DNA of 64,000 nucleotides from Squalus acanthias. Taxonomy: Eukaryota. Position numbers and translations under genes: made by a program. The stretch is from contig CM059434.1 in the NCBI GenBank assembly GCA_030390025.1, forward strand, positions 46,624,001 through 46,688,000. The letters run 5' to 3'. Each line of letters begins with the position of its first letter. Position 1 is the first letter of the stretch. Below, in pieces: positions 38,510-52,500 of this stretch. The notes below the pieces were generated by a model, which made no database searches, was not told the origin of the DNA, and saw only the letters and a list, made by a program, of their open reading frames with translations.

Positions 38510-41239
38510 TGAATTATGTTATTTGGAACATATACCAACCATGTTATGTGGAATATTTATCAACTGATTATTTGGAATATATGCTGACCAGGAGGCGAAA
38601 TTTCCTCTGACCTACACAGAAAATTAAAAACATACACACAGCCTTAATGACTTAGTGAACAAATACACCATGGGTTAAATCCCTTGTCTGTGCTAAATTT
38701 CTCAATCTCAGCCAGCCATAGTGATGGAAAAAGGAAGGAAGAAAGTATAAGCAGAGTTCGCCATCCTGATACCTGCATATGTGAGAACGCTGGATGAGGA
38801 GAGCATCAAGCTTGGCTGTAATAGTTTCCAGGTCAATGAGAACACCTGCCACTCATAGTCTAAGCTCACATCCAAACAATTAATATCTGCCAAGGTATCC
38901 GAGAGGATTGTCATGGGTGGAAATATTCCTCAGCACAAGCTGCACTTTCAGGAGGTTAGGGTAAGGGGGACAAAACCCCCACAGTCCTACAACTCTCACT
39001 TGTACAAAAGAAAGGAGAACTAATTTGTAACATTTGATCCCAATTTGCTGCTCCAATTGTAAATTTAACCTCAGCCCAGCCATGCACTGGAAATAAGTCA
39101 ATTTGGATGCACCCCAAACACATAACATGTGTGGTGATTATTTTCATACAACCTCATAGAGCAGCGACTGATCAGAGGATTGAATTTTTAAAGAACTGTA
39201 CACCAGTCAGAAACACTGGCATTTCCTTTAACTCTGTAAGATGTAAGTCGGGACTTATTTTATGGCCTTGCTCTATAGGTAGTATTCTATTTTAGAAAAA
39301 ACTTCCTTCCTCTTCTGATAGCTTCATTTAAAATATGCATAAATCACTGCTATCAGACAAGCGAGGTCTCAAACTCTTAACTCCAAATTGACTGGAGCCA
39401 CAAGTTAAGAGCTTGGCAATGGGGTAGGTTTTCGTCTTTACTGCCTGGGTGCTAAGCATCACCTGGATAGAGCACAGAAGGAAAATCGGTGGGGAGAATT
39501 TCGCACCTTTTACAGGACCAGCCTGAATTTCCTTCCATTTATTTATATAGTGGGAAAATCAAGTGGCTTCTGGAAGGGGTGTGCAATCTTCCCCAACAGA
39601 TATTACTTTCTGCACCCTACCCAGGTGATGCCTCACACCCAGGAGGTAAAGACAAAAATCGACCCCCATGAAATTACTTCTCGATTGAAAAGCAGAAAAT
39701 TCTACAGCACTGCCTACCTGGCTGAAAGCACAGTGCAATTCCGACTGGATTTTCAGTTTCTCCGATAGGATCCTTTTCTGGGTAAGACTTTGGGTAGATA
39801 TAGTTCAAGATAGTTGCATCGGGCCCATTATTGTTGAGGCTGGTATTGGTACACTTGTAACGAAATACTGGAGCTGAAATGATTAAATAGATCTGGTGGT
39901 TGCCTCTGCATCTTTTGCTGGGAGTGTTTTTGTTGTGAAAATCTTGTGCAGGCTACTTCAAAGGACAGGATTAAGTGTAAAGCGGTTATGATACAAGAAA
40001 CAGCAACACATTGCAATGCTGATGTCTACAGTCAGGCATCAGGAATTCAACCCAAGCTCTTCTGGGAGCCCAATTACTTTATCCCTTGATCGAGGCAATG
40101 AGAAAAATACCAGCACCACTGATGAACGCTGGCAGAGGATCATCTGAATGGTCAAAAAATAGAGCCTTGCGTGTGCTGTTTGCATGACCTTAAACTCAAT
40201 GAGCCAAGCAAACCCATCCCAGAGGAGCTGCTAACCTGTTGTTGTTGCTTCTTCAAAACTGTTCTGTCAATCATCAGCTGGAATGAACCCATTAATTAAA
40301 GCCTTTCCAAGCAATGCGTTAATTAATAGCTTTACTTGGGGAAAAAAACTTGACTTCAACTTGATCTTCCTAAATGATGATGTCACATGGCAATTACGTT
40401 TTCTACCGTTAATAAAACTGCAAGAGTCTCTAAAACTACGGGTTGAAATGACTTCCATGTGGAAATCTTCATCTCCAGAGATAACAAAATGTGATACAGA
40501 TAGGAAGAAAAAGCAGCAAAAAATTAACTGCTCAGTTCAAATAAGAATTGCACTTATCTTAAACATCAATACAGATCCATTAATGGCATAGTGATAGATG
40601 CACTCGGTGTGGAGATGAGCCATACAAGCCAGGATGATCCCGCATTCAGTCATTGTTCTATGCTGTGAATTGATCTCAGCAATTTGTGCTACAATTGGTT
40701 TCAGTGTCCCTAGATTACAATAGATAAACTTAAGATCTTACAGGAAGGCAGTTAAAGTGGGATCTAATTGAAGTATAGATAACATAAGATGGTACAGATA
40801 AGGAAACCCCAGAATCATCTGGGGTTCCTACTCCTGAACAACGTTAAGTGAATCTGCTGCAAAATGTGTATTTACAGACATCGAGTGAGAATAAGATCAG
40901 TTTTTGCTCCATGAGTAAGAACTTCCATTCACAAATTCCTTGCATGAATGCTCCTCCTGGCCCCAGAAAAACGTTCCTACCCACTGCCGGTCTCTATGTT
41001 ACCCTGCCCCCCCCCCCCGGGACCGCTTCCCCCCTCACCCCCTTTAAGGGCCTACTTCCAGCTCAGCTCCATGGAGGGGCCATTGGATTTCCAGCCCTCC
41101 CCAATGGCAAATTGCTTCTCAGCCATCGTTGAGGGCTGGCAGCTCACTAATTAAATTAAAATGAGGCCTGCCCAAGAAAATGGTTTGGGCCTCTCGCTGG
41201 CGCCATCGGGCAGGCACCTAAGAGATCCTATCAAGGTGT

Positions 41240-41640
41240 TAACCTTGGCTCAGTTAGTGGCACTCTCGCCTCTGAGTCAGAAGGTTACGGGTGCAATTCT
41301 TACTCCAGAGACTTCACAGTCCACGGCAGAACTTAGAGAATGCAGCACTGTCTTTTGGATGAGATGTTGACTCGAGGTCCCATCTGTCCTCTCAAGTAGA
41401 TGTAAAATATACCATGGAACTATTCAAAAAAGAGCAGGATAAATGTCCTGATCCCTCAACAAACACCACTAAAACAGATTTTCTGGTCACTTATTTCACT
41501 GCTGTTTGTGGTACCTTGCTGTGTTTAAATTGGCTGCCATATTTCCCTACATTACAATGACTACATTTCAACAGTACTTCTTTGACTGTGAAGTGCTTTA
41601 GGACATCCTAAGGTTATGAATGCAAATTCTTTCTTCTCTC
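41240..41640 (+). mobile_element. Deu-domain tRNA-derived SINE (SacSINE1-like)
   Basis: Head GGCTCAGTTAGTGGCACTCTCGCCTCTGAGTCAGAAGGTT, central CCCATCTG.CCTCTCA.GTAGATGTAAAA..CCATGG.ACTATT, L2-like tail. Confidence 0.75.
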
Positions 41641-42349
41641 TTAGTTAAAGTAAGCTTGTCAGGACCTGAATCCTTTTATCTGGGGTTATTGTGTTAATGT
41701 CTAATATTCCAGTTGCACTGAGAATCTGTCAAATTAAAAAAAATATTCAGCTGAATCATTCTAAATCTTATAGAAAGAGAGATGTGGTGTAATGTGTTCA
41801 TTGAGTGAAGAGCTTTAAGGTCTAGACAAGGGCTGTCTTTCGCTAACAGTCCAACTAGTCTCATGGATCATTTACAGATCTAGAAAAGGAACAATGGTAA
41901 AATGTGGAGAATAAAAACATTCACAATCTATGTTCATATAATAAGTTAAGTTATTGGGTGACCCAGCTCTTTGGAGAAACAGCAGACCATACCAGGGACT
42001 GGAGAGGTGCAAGTTCAATCATCTGACTCTTCAGATTCAAAATCCAGGTGTGGAGAAGTGCTGAGCTGACACCAAGTACATCCCAACAGGGGAAGAGAGC
42101 TGCAGCCAGGCTGATCACCTCTTAGATGCCTGGTTAAACACTAAACTGCCTTTGTGACCACTGATATTAATGGTGCGGACAAACCAGCACACAGAAAAGG
42201 AAAACAATCTCAAACCCCGGCCCTCTCCAGAAAAGGGGAAAAAATATGCAGATCCCAGAAGCTGAGTTCCTGAATATCCTCTCAGGTCTAATTTAAAATA
42301 GGAAGACACCATGTGGGAAGACTTTTGCTTCAGCCTTAAAGATGGGTTC

Positions 42350-42625
42350 AGTTGCCTAATGGTTATGGTACTGAACCAGCAAACCAGAGAGCGTGAATTT
42401 AAATTCCAGTACGGCAAGTTGTGAAACTGAATTCAATATACCTGGTAATTTGTTGGCTAATGCCAGAAAAATAACTGTGAAAGGCTCTGGATTGTCATAT
42501 ATATCCACTTAGTTCACTGATGTTTTTTCTGGGAAGGAAGCCTGCTACCCCTATCCGGTCAGGCCTACGTGTGACTCTACATGACTGACTCTTAATGCCC
42601 TCTGAAGGGCCTAGTTCAGTGGCAT
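42350..42625 (+). mobile_element. Degenerate tRNA-derived SINE
   Basis: tRNA-like head and body ..GGCCTACGTGTGACTC..TGACTCTTAATGCCCTCTGAA recalled from a common shark SINE. Confidence 0.5.
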
Positions 42626-42811
42626 TAAACTCGTTAAACTCAGGTGCAGTCTAATCACAAGTCATCAATGCCACAGACTCTTTCCAGTTCTTAAAGGGGA
42701 GGTTCATTGATGCTGCAGAACCTCATTCTCATCATTGCTGGCTGTGCAGCTGCCTCAGCCAGCAGCAGCAGGCCAAGGAGAAGGAGCTGGATGACTCAAC
42801 CAGCCATAATC

Positions 42812-44676
42812 ATGGCAGATCCACACCCCAGGGAGAGAGCCCGCAGATTCTGCGACCATGCATTGGAGGCGTTGGTGTTTGCAGTGGAAAGACAGAGGGC
42901 GGTGCTCTACCCGGCAAGTGGCAGGAGGCCCTCGCCACAAGTCTTCCGCACTATGTGGAGGGAGGTAGCCCAGCATGTCTCGGGCAGCACTGTGATCCCC
43001 AGGACCCACACACAGTGCAGGAAGAAACTTAACGACCTCACTCGGGTGGTCAGGGTGAGTCAATGCTTCAACAAATGCTACATACCACCATCTGAACCAC
43101 AGTCTGCTCACACTGCCCAAAGCACCACACACCCCAGCACTCACCCACCAACAATCTCTACCTACCAACACTCACACCCACATCTCACACCTTGCACACA
43201 ATGACAGCTATTCAACTATGGCAGGCACATCACCCAAACACATTGCTCCACACTCACTCACATGCTTTCCTTTCTCTTGCAGGCCAAGGTGGCTCACAAC
43301 AGGAGGGAGCAGGAGCGCACAGGCGGGGGACAAGCCGACACTCAACCACTGTCTGAGCTAGAGACTCGAAAGCTGCAGATTATTGGGCTGCAGGTGGTGG
43401 GCACCGTAGTCGACTCTTGGGGACAACAATGATGTGTTCATCCCTACTCCTTCTTCTAACATCCCACTTCCCCCTCACCCCACAAGCCTTTCGCACTTTC
43501 CAGCTAATCATGCTGAATGCATGCATTTCTCCCTTCCTGCCCCCTCCTCTCACCTTAACCCGAATCTTATGCCTTTATGCTTTCAGATAATGAGCAAGCA
43601 CTTGAGCAGCCTGTCCCTGAGGGCACCATAGAGAGCGAGGCGGGAGAAGAGAAGGAGGAAGAAGACACCACGTCACTGCATGTCTCACCCGTAGGCACCA
43701 GCCCAGACACTGGCACTACGCGCTCTTTAGAGGCTAGTATAGTAGCGGGATCTGAGGCACCGGGGACGAGCTGGCTTCAGCAAGGCCAGGGGGAAAGGGT
43801 AGCTCGGGAGCCAGCTCCCCGGAGGGCGAGTTCGGCTGCACAGGACTCAGATGAGGACCTCGATGAGGAGGTGTTTAGAAGAAGGTTGATGGGCATGCAC
43901 ACAGAGATGATAGGTGCCATGGCAAGGGTGCCCGAGAGCTTCTCGGCAATGGTAAGGAGCGTGGAGGAGACCACCTTCAATATTGCACAGAGCTCTGTGC
44001 ACACCATAGAGACCATCATTTCCAGTCTGCAAAGGATGGTAGATTCCCAGAGAGACCGTGGCGACCCAGACCTGTTGCGATGGGCGATCTGGCAGCTTCC
44101 ACTGCAGCACAGGCAGAAGTGATGCAACATCTTAGTGCTGTAATGCAGTCTATGGTTGGTGGCATCCAATCTCAGACTGCTCTCATGCAGTCTCAGCTTG
44201 ATGCCACGCAAGCTCTGACAGCTGCCATCATGGCTGGGTCTACCACCGTCGACCAGGGCTTTCACGGTGTCGCAGCAGGCCAGCAATCTGTGCTGCAACA
44301 GATTGCTAGGGATGCTGAGGTGCTGCCCCAGGGGAGTGCCAGTGGGTCAGTGGAGCAGGAAACTGCTGTTCTTTCTCAGGAGGACAGCATTCCTGCTCCC
44401 ACCACTGGCACTCCACCATCATCCTTGTCGCTGCCTGTCATCCAGCCAGCCCAGATTGCTGCTGCCCATGCTGAGGTGGTGCAGTCTACAGCCAGGCCTT
44501 CCAGGCCCAGAGCTGGTCGAGGGCATCCTGCAAGGCCATTTGAATTCTCCCACACGGACACTCAGCAGCCTTCCACCAGCCATGCTGCAGCCTCTGGGCC
44601 AACACTTCATTGGAGCACTAGAGGAGGCAAAGGCACAGTAACGAGAGGCACTAAGGGATTGCACAAGGGTGAATAG
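42812..44676 (+). pseudogene. Harbinger Myb/SANT-like gene, degenerate (exons 42812-43054, 43283-~43431, 43587-44676)
   Basis: RERARRFCDHALEALV..WREVAQ..RTHTQCRKKLNDL; same intron positions as copy 1; exon-2 donor appears mutated; frameshift near 44080. Confidence 0.85.
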
Positions 44677-44839
44677 GTAATATTGTTTTTGTATATATCT
44701 GTTCACTGATTATTGATAAATTTATTAATTCAGTTTGGATTTTTTGTGATGTCTCTCATTTCAGCTTTGCGCTGTGGTATGGCCTGCGACGGGGATGGAA
44801 TGATGGGGATGTGATGAGCAATGGGGATCTGGGGTTTAA

Positions 44840-46000
44840 TTTATTGGAACTGCAGTCTGATGAGGTGGTCATGAAAGGCCGATTGAGTGGTTGCCTCCTC
44901 CCTCGCTCCTGTTCCTCCTCCTCCTCCTCCTCCTCCTCCTCTCCCTCTTTCTCCTCCTGAGGTGGTCCTGCAATCCCTGGTGGCAAGGGCTGGGCCCTCA
45001 TGATGGCCAAGTTGTGGAGCATGCAGCAGACCACGACGAAATGGGACACCCGCTCAGCCGAGTACTGGAGGGCTCCTCCCGAGCAGTCAAGGCAGCGGCA
45101 CCATTGCTTGAGCACTCCGATGGTCTGCTCGATGATGTTCCTGGTGGTGGCATGGCTCTCATTATATGAGTGCTGGGCAGGAGTGTTGGGGTTGCTGTGG
45201 GGAGTTATGAGCCAGGTGGAGAGCGGATAACCCTTGTCTCCAACCAGCCAGCCGCGAGCTTGACATGGTGGCTGGAAGAGTGCTGGCACACCGGTCTGGC
45301 GCAGGGTGAAGGCATCGTGGCTGCTGCCAGGATAGCGGGCATTCACATTGAGGATTCGCTGTCTGTGGTCACACACCAACTGCACATTAAGTGAGTGGTA
45401 GTCTTTGTGGTTACAGAAGATCTCAGAATTGTGAGGCGGTGCCCGCAAAGCCATGTGGGTACAGTCAATGGCGCCCTACACTATGGGGAAGCCCGCTATC
45501 CTGGCAAAGCCACATGCATGTTCGTCCTGCTTCTCTCTGGTGAAGGGGTAGGAAATGTAGTCCCTTCTCCTACTGTAGAGAGCCTCTTAGACCTTCCGGA
45601 TGCAGCAATGGATGGCGAACTGCGAGATGTTAGCTATATCTCCTGTTGCAGACTGGAAGGATCTGCTGGCAAAGAAATTGAGGGCATCGGTGACCTTGAC
45701 TGCCACTGAGAGAGCCGTGGGCACCCTGATATGAGGCTTGAGGTCTGGTTGCAGGAGGTGGCAGAGTTCTGTGACCACCTCCTTGCTGAAGCTGAGCCTT
45801 CTAATACACTGGAGGTTGGAGAAGTGCTCTAGGAATACCCTCAGAGGATAAGGCCTCCTGTTGAGAGCCCTCATGGCCCTTCTCCTCCCTCTGGCCACAT
45901 GTTCCAATCTTTCTCGCTGCCTCCGCTCCCTCCACCGTAGATCCTGGAGGGCGAGGTCGACTGTCAGTAGAGCCCCTATTAATGTAACCAAGTGTAGCAC
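44840..46000 (-). pseudogene. Harbinger DDE transposase, frameshifted
   Basis: FSKEVVTELCHLLQPDL, HSLNVQLVCD, LVGDKGY, RNIIEQTIGVLK in separate ORF pieces. Confidence 0.9.
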
Positions 46001-47699
46001 TTTGATATGTTGTGAGAATAAATGTAACTAATTGTTAGTAGCCACAAAACTCGTGATACTAAACAACCTTTAAATGATTGAATTAAACTGCTGCACAATG
46101 TCAAACTGACAAGGAAGCAGTGAAACAGCACTAACATGACAGCTGAGACTCATTACTCATGATCCCGTTAAGTAGCATCCCTGGCGCCGGCATCCACCTG
46201 CTTGACGCCTCCTCTCCCTGTCGCTGTCGGGGCGAGTCGCTAAGGCAGGGGGCGACAATGAATTTTGCAGATCGGGCGTCCAGTGAGCGTTGCACATTCA
46301 CTGACGTCACGATCTGCCTGGCACCAAGGTCCCCGGCGGTAACTCGTAGCAGCGGCACTACGGGGGGGGTTGGATTTTGCGTGCGTTGCCTCACCTCGCC
46401 CCGGTGTTACTGCAGCAGTGCCCTGTTAGTGCCCCCGCCAGGCGCTAACTGGAGGCGCTAACCAACTGAATTCTTCCCCCAAAGTCTCATCTCCACTGTG
46501 AGGACATTCTCCAACATGTAATGTGGCACTACCACCATGTTAAGTGGGACAGATCTAGCAGCCCAAAAAGGGATATTCATGAAGCAATGTGAGCCATCAG
46601 CAGCAGAATTGTACACCACAACAATCTTTAACCTCATGGACTGGCACATCCCTCACTGTTTGATTACCAATAAATTAACAGCGTGAATATTGACACCACT
46701 GTGCCAGCCAATGAAATGGAGCAGGGTGGTACTTGTAGAAACTACAGCAAACAGAGACTCCTGAGTACAGCAGGATTATTTCTCCAGCGAAATGCAGTGA
46801 GTGGAGAATAGTTACATACAAATTAAATGCGTAAAATTAATCCCACTTACAGCAGTGCGGTCTCCGGGCGTGAGTGACCGGGGAATTACCCAATCACCTC
46901 CATTCTGGCCTGGAGTGGTGGTGTCACTATATGCAGCCATAAATGAATGTACCTATGCCAATGCATGGTGGTGGTCTTTACATTTATTTAAAGGTTCTGC
47001 CCTCTGTGAATGAGTGCCTGCTGCTGTGCCTGGCTGGGATGGTAGCACTTTCTTGAACAATAATCTGTACACTCCTACAGTCTGCCTTGGAAGGAGGTGG
47101 TAAGAGCGTGGCACCATTGTGTAAGCAGCAGGTGGAGGGACAGAGATATCGAGGGAGGGTATGAAGAATGATGCTGCATGAATAGGAGGAGGGTGCTGGA
47201 TTGACTGTGAGGATTCTCTTTCTAATCCAAGTGGCATGGAACAGATGCACGTTCAGCGAAAGTGGGGGGACGGGGAAGGGGCCTACTCGCTGGAAACAGA
47301 TGTTTGTGGCTCAAGAGATGGCCGGACAAATGACTTCAACAGCTATCAAGAGGAATTGTTTCCCCTCAATCTGCCTCCAAATAAGCCATATCGCAAAAGG
47401 ACAGGTGACACAGTGTTAAATACTGCCTCCATCACAAAGTGTAAAATAAAAATAGCATTCTGCAACAAATACAGAAACAGCAAAACCATTTTTTTAATTC
47501 AAAAGGCCAAAATGATGACCATTTATTGGCAATAATAGCCTGTCTTTTAAGACAGATAGCACCTAAACGGCAGCTCTGCAGTCAGTATAAGCAAGGTTTT
47601 TCTGGGAGTAGTTTGCCCCTGAACTGCACTCAGTGCTAAGAAAAGAAGTTTGAAGAAAGAAGTCTCCAATCTCTCTGTTTCTCTGACCCCAGATCTACT

Positions 47700-47970
47700 G
47701 CACCCCCTCTTTCTGCCCCACCATTGATGGCTGTGCCTTCAGCTGTCTAAACTCCATCCTCTTCTGAAATTTCCTTCTAAAACACATCCACCTGGCTCTC
47801 CTCTTTGAAGCCCCACCTTAAAACCCACCTGTACAACCAAGGTTATGGTCATTCCTCTTAATATATCTTCCTTTGGCTGAGCATCCAATTTTTTGATTGC
47901 ACCTTTGCAAGGACCTTGGGACATTTTTGTGCATTAAAGGTGCTAAAATAAAACACGTTGATGTTGATGA
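47700..47970 (+). mobile_element. L2-like LINE 3' end
   Basis: CCACCATTGATGGCTGTGCCTTCAGCTG...TTAAAACCCACCT...TTAAAGGTGCTA...GTTGATGTTG tail. Confidence 0.6.
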
Positions 47971-48059
47971 ACAGCACTTTAAAAATTCCTCTATTATTTA
48001 TTTCTAATTTTGTCTCATCTATTTTGTCTCAGCCTTCCTTGGTATGTCTTCCAGTTCAA

Positions 48060-50030
48060 TTGCCCTGGTAGACCCATCGTTTCAGCCTGTTCTTGCCCCA
48101 CAGAACTTATCTCTTCCTATCTCGACTCTATTTTTTCTCCCCTTGTCCAGTCTCTTCCCACTTACATCCGCGACTCTTCCGATGCCCTCCGCCACTTTAA
48201 CAGTTTCCAGTTTCCCGGCCCCAACCGCCTCCTTTTCACTATGGACGTACAATCCTTCTACACCTCCATCCCCCACCAGGATGGCCTGAGGGCGCTCCGC
48301 TTCTTCCTTGAACAGAGGCCCAACCAGTCCCTATCCACCATCACCCTCCTCCACCTGGCTGAACTTGTTCTCACATTGAACAACTTCTCCTTTGACTCCA
48401 CTCATTTCCTCCAAATCAAAGGTGTTGCTATGGGTACCCGCATGGGTCCGAGCTATGCCTGCCTTTTCGTGGGATATGTGGAACACTCTTTGTTCCAGTC
48501 CTACTCGGGTCCCCTCCCTCACCTCTTTTTCCGGTACATTGATGACTGTATCGGTGCCGTCTCCTGCTCTCGCCCTGAACTAGAAAATTTCATTCACTAT
48601 GCTTCCAATTTCCACCCTTCCCTCACCTTCACATGATCCATCTCCGACTCTTCCCTTCCTTTCCTCGACTTCTCCGTCTCCATCTCTGGGGATAGGTTAT
48701 TGACAAACATTCACTACAAGCCCACTGACTCCCACAGCTACCTGGACTACACTTCCTCCCACCCCGCCTCCTGTAAGGACTCAATTCCATTCTCCCAGTT
48801 TCTCATTCTCCGCCGCATCTGCACTGACGATGCCACCTTCCATACCAGTGCTTCTGACATGTCTTCCTTTTTCCTCAACCAAGGATTCCCCTCTACTGTG
48901 GTTGACACGGCCCTCGACCGTGTCCGTTCTATCTCCCGCACTTCTGCCCTCACTCCTGCCCCTCCCTCCCGGAACCACAATAGAGTTCCCCTTGTCCTCA
49001 CCTTTCACCCCACCAGCCTTCACATTCAATGGATCATCCTCCGCCATTTCCGCCACCTCCAGCATGATCCCACCACCAAACGCATCTTCCCCTCACCTCC
49101 TCTTTCAGCATTCCGCAGGGACCGCTCCCTCCGCAACACCCTAGTCCACTCCTCTACCACCCCCAGCACCCCTTCCCCTTCGCCCGGCACCTTCCCGTGC
49201 AAGCGCAGGAGATGCAACACATGCCCTTATACCTCCCCCCTTCCCACTGTCCAGGGCCCCAAACACCCTTTCCAGGTGAAACAGCGATTTACTTGTACTT
49301 CCTGCAATTTAGTATACTGTATTCGCTGCTCACGATGTGGTCTCCTCTACATTGGGGAGACCAAACGCAGATTGGGTGACCGCTTTGTGGAACACCTCCG
49401 TTCAGTCCGTAAGGGGGACCCCGAGCTCCCGGTGGCCTGTCACTTTAATTCTCCGCTCCACTCCCACTCTGACCTCACCGTCCTCAGCCTCTTGCATTGT
49501 TCCACGGAAGCTCAGCGTAAGCTCGAGGAACAGCACCTCATCTTTCGTTTAGGCACTCTACAGCCCTCTGGACTCAATATAGAGTTCAACAATTTCAGAT
49601 CATAACCCCGGCCCCCATCACATATTTTTATTTTATTTTTTTATCCACCCTTTTGTTTGGCCTTTTTTTTTTCTTCCCTCCCAGAAGCTGGCAGCTGTCC
49701 TTCATTCTGCCAGCGCAATTCACACTTCATCTAGAGCCATCCTTTGTTCCTCAACCTGTCACATTACCACCTCCTCTTGCCTTGAATATCTCTTAATGTC
49801 TCTCAATGTCTCTTAATCTCTCCTGCTTTCTATCCTACCACTGACCTTCCCTTTTGTTCTTTCCTCCCCTCCCCCTTTTCCCAGCATTATACTTGCTTTA
49901 AATCTGCTTCATTTCCTGCTTTTTTCCAGTTCGAACGAAAGGTCTTCAACCTGAAACGTTAACTCTGTTTCTCTCTCCACGGATGCTGCCTGGCCTGCTG
50001 AGTTTTTCCAGCGTTTTCTGTTGTTATTTC
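48060..50030 (+). mobile_element. 5'-truncated PLE family 2 (Neptune-type)
   Basis: RT and GIY-YIG ORF, 3' end with mutated hammerhead core (49926-49967); possible TSD TTCAATT. Confidence 0.92.
48061..49605 (+). pseudogene. PLE RT / GIY-YIG endonuclease, single in-frame TGA at 48634-48636
   Basis: PGRPIVS, TMDVQSFYTSIP, GVAMG, FFRYIDD, LPFLD, CKRRRCNTC, LYIGETKR. Confidence 0.92.
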
Positions 50031-50307
50031 AATTTATTTCTAGTTGCTTCAGAAATAATCAATTTATTTTTTGGTTGTTCCTGCTTCAACTCAAAAGGCA
50101 GCCTACAAATGAGCAGCAATACAGCAAAACACTGGAATGCACAGGCTGTGTACCACTAATCAGAACAAGATGAGCAGTTCTACTTTATTTCAGTCGTACC
50201 TTTACAGGTTGTTTTCTCTGCCTCAGACCTTCCTTATTCTTCATCATCTTGTACTTTATTCAGATTCTGCCATCTATTTTGCCTGTGCTCACGCTACCAT
50301 GCCTTGT

Positions 50308-52500
50308 TTCAGTGATAGCACTCTCAACTCTGAGTCAGAAGGTTGTGGGTTCAAGTGCCACTTGAGACTTGAGCACATAATCTCGGCTGACACTTCAGTG
50401 CAGTATTGAGGGAGGGCTGCACTGACGAAGGTGGTGTCTTTCTGATGGAACATTAAACTGAAGCCCCATCTGCCCTCTTAGGTAGATGTAAAAGATTCCA
50501 CGGCACTATTTGAAGATGAGCATGGGAGTTCTCTTGACCAATAGTTATCCCTCAACAATACCACTAAAACAGATTTCCCGGTCATTTACCTCATTGCTGT
50601 TTATGGGACCTTGCTGTGCGCTAACTGGCTTCCACGTTTCCCTACATTACACGAGTGACTACATAAGAACATAAGAACATAAGAAATAGGAGCAGGAGTA
50701 GGCCAATCGGCCCCTCGAGCCTGCTCCGCCATTCAATAAGATCATGGCTGATCTGATCCTAACCGCCAATCTACTATCTATCACAGAACCATCTCCTGCA
50801 TCTAACAGAATTGCACACACGAAATAGGAGCAGAATCAGGCTACACAGTCCCTGGGCCCGCTCCACTACCCACAGGGCCATGACCGATCCGAACCTAGAC
50901 TCATGTCCAAATTCCTGCCCGCTCCCCGTAACCCTTAATGCCCTTTACTTCTAGGAAACTGTCTATTTCTGTTTTAAATTTAATTAATGTTGTAGCTTCT
51001 ACAGCTTTTTGTGGCAGCATATTCCATGGACCTACCACCCTCTGAGTGAAGTAGTTCCTCCTCATCTCAGTTTTGAAAGAGCAGCCCCTTATTCTAAGAC
51101 TATGTCCCCTAGTTCTCGTCTCACCCGTCATCGGGAACATCCTCCCCGCATCCACCCGATCCAACCCCTTCACAATCTTATATGTTTCAATAAGATCGCC
51201 TCTCATTCTTCTGAACTCCAATGAGTAGAGTCCCAATCTACCCAACCTCTCCTCATATGACCACCCCCTCATCCCCGGGATTAACCGAGTGAACCTTTTT
51301 TGCACTGCCTCGAGAGCAAGGATGTCTTTCCTTAAGTAAGGACACCAAAACTATATGCAGTATTCCAGGTGCGGTCTCACCAATACCTTGTACAACTGAA
51401 GCAATACCTCCCTATTTTTATATTCTATCCCCCTAGCAATGAAAGCCAACATTCCATTTGCCTTCTTAATCACTTGCTGCACCTGCATACTAACCTTTTG
51501 AGTTTCGTGCACCAGGACCCCCAGATCCCTTTGCACTTCAGTACTCTCCAGTTTCTTGCCATTAAGATAATAAATTGCTCTAGGATTTTTCCTGCCAAAG
51601 TGCATCACCTCACACTTTCCAGTGTTGTATTCCATCTGCCAAATCTCTGCCCACTTACTTAGCCTGTCTATGTCCCCTTGCAGGTTTTTTATGTCCTCCT
51701 CACTCACTACTTTCCCTCCCATCTTTGTATCATCTGCAAATTTTGATATGTTACACTTGGTCCCTTCCTCCAAATCGTTAATATAGATTGTGAAGAGTTG
51801 GGGACCCAGCACTGACCCCTGTGGAACACCACTAGTTACTGATTGCCAGTCTGAGAATGAACCATTTATCCCAACTCTTTGCTTTCTGTTAGATAGCCAA
51901 TCCTCTATCCATGCCAGAATATTACCCCCAATCCCGTGATTTTTTACCTTAAGCAATAATCTTTTGTGTGGCACCTTGTCAAATGCCTTTTGGAAGTCTA
52001 AATACACTACGTCCACTGGTTCCCCTTTATCCACTCTATATGTTACTTCCTCAAAGAACTCCAGCAAATTTGTCAAACATGACTTCCCCTTCGTAAAACC
52101 ATGCTGACTTTGTCCTATTAAATTATGATTATCCAAATGTCCTGTTACTGTTTCCTTAATAATGGACTCCAAAATTTTACCTACCACAGATGTTAGGCTA
52201 ACCGGTCTATAGTTACCAGCCTTCTGTCTACTGCCCTTTTTAAATAAGGGTGTTACATTAGCAGTTTTCCAGTCTGCCGGGACCTTAGCGGAATCCAGGG
52301 AGTTTTGAAAAATTATTACCAATGCATCTACAATCCCTACCGCCACTTCCTTCAAGACTCTAGGATGTAAGCCATCAGGTCCAGGTGATTTATCCGCCTT
52401 GAGTCCCATTATTTTACCAAGTACCACTTCATTGGCTGTGAAGTATTTTAGAAGGTCCTGAGCAAATGAAAGATGCTCTATAAATGCAAGTTCTTTCTTT
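50308..52500 (+). mobile_element. Deu-domain SINE split by a CR1 (50308-50663 plus ~52427-52500)
   Basis: Colinear with 41240-41640; body stops at GTGACTACA and resumes at CTTCATTGGCTGTGAAG. Confidence 0.8.
50664..52427 (-). mobile_element. Young 5'-truncated CR1 LINE (RT region) with one in-frame TAG at 51351-51353
   Basis: KSPGPDG, GNYRPVSL, YLDFQKAFD, GVPQGSVLGP, KFADD; (CATAAGAA)n tail. Confidence 0.93.

Larger units (their letters stand above)
42640..46480. mobile_element. Harbinger transposon copy 2 (diverged, left TIR missing)
   Basis: Same convergent two-gene layout; right end AACCAACTGAATTCTTCCCCC matches copy 1 AACCAACTGAATTTTTACCCC. Confidence 0.9.
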
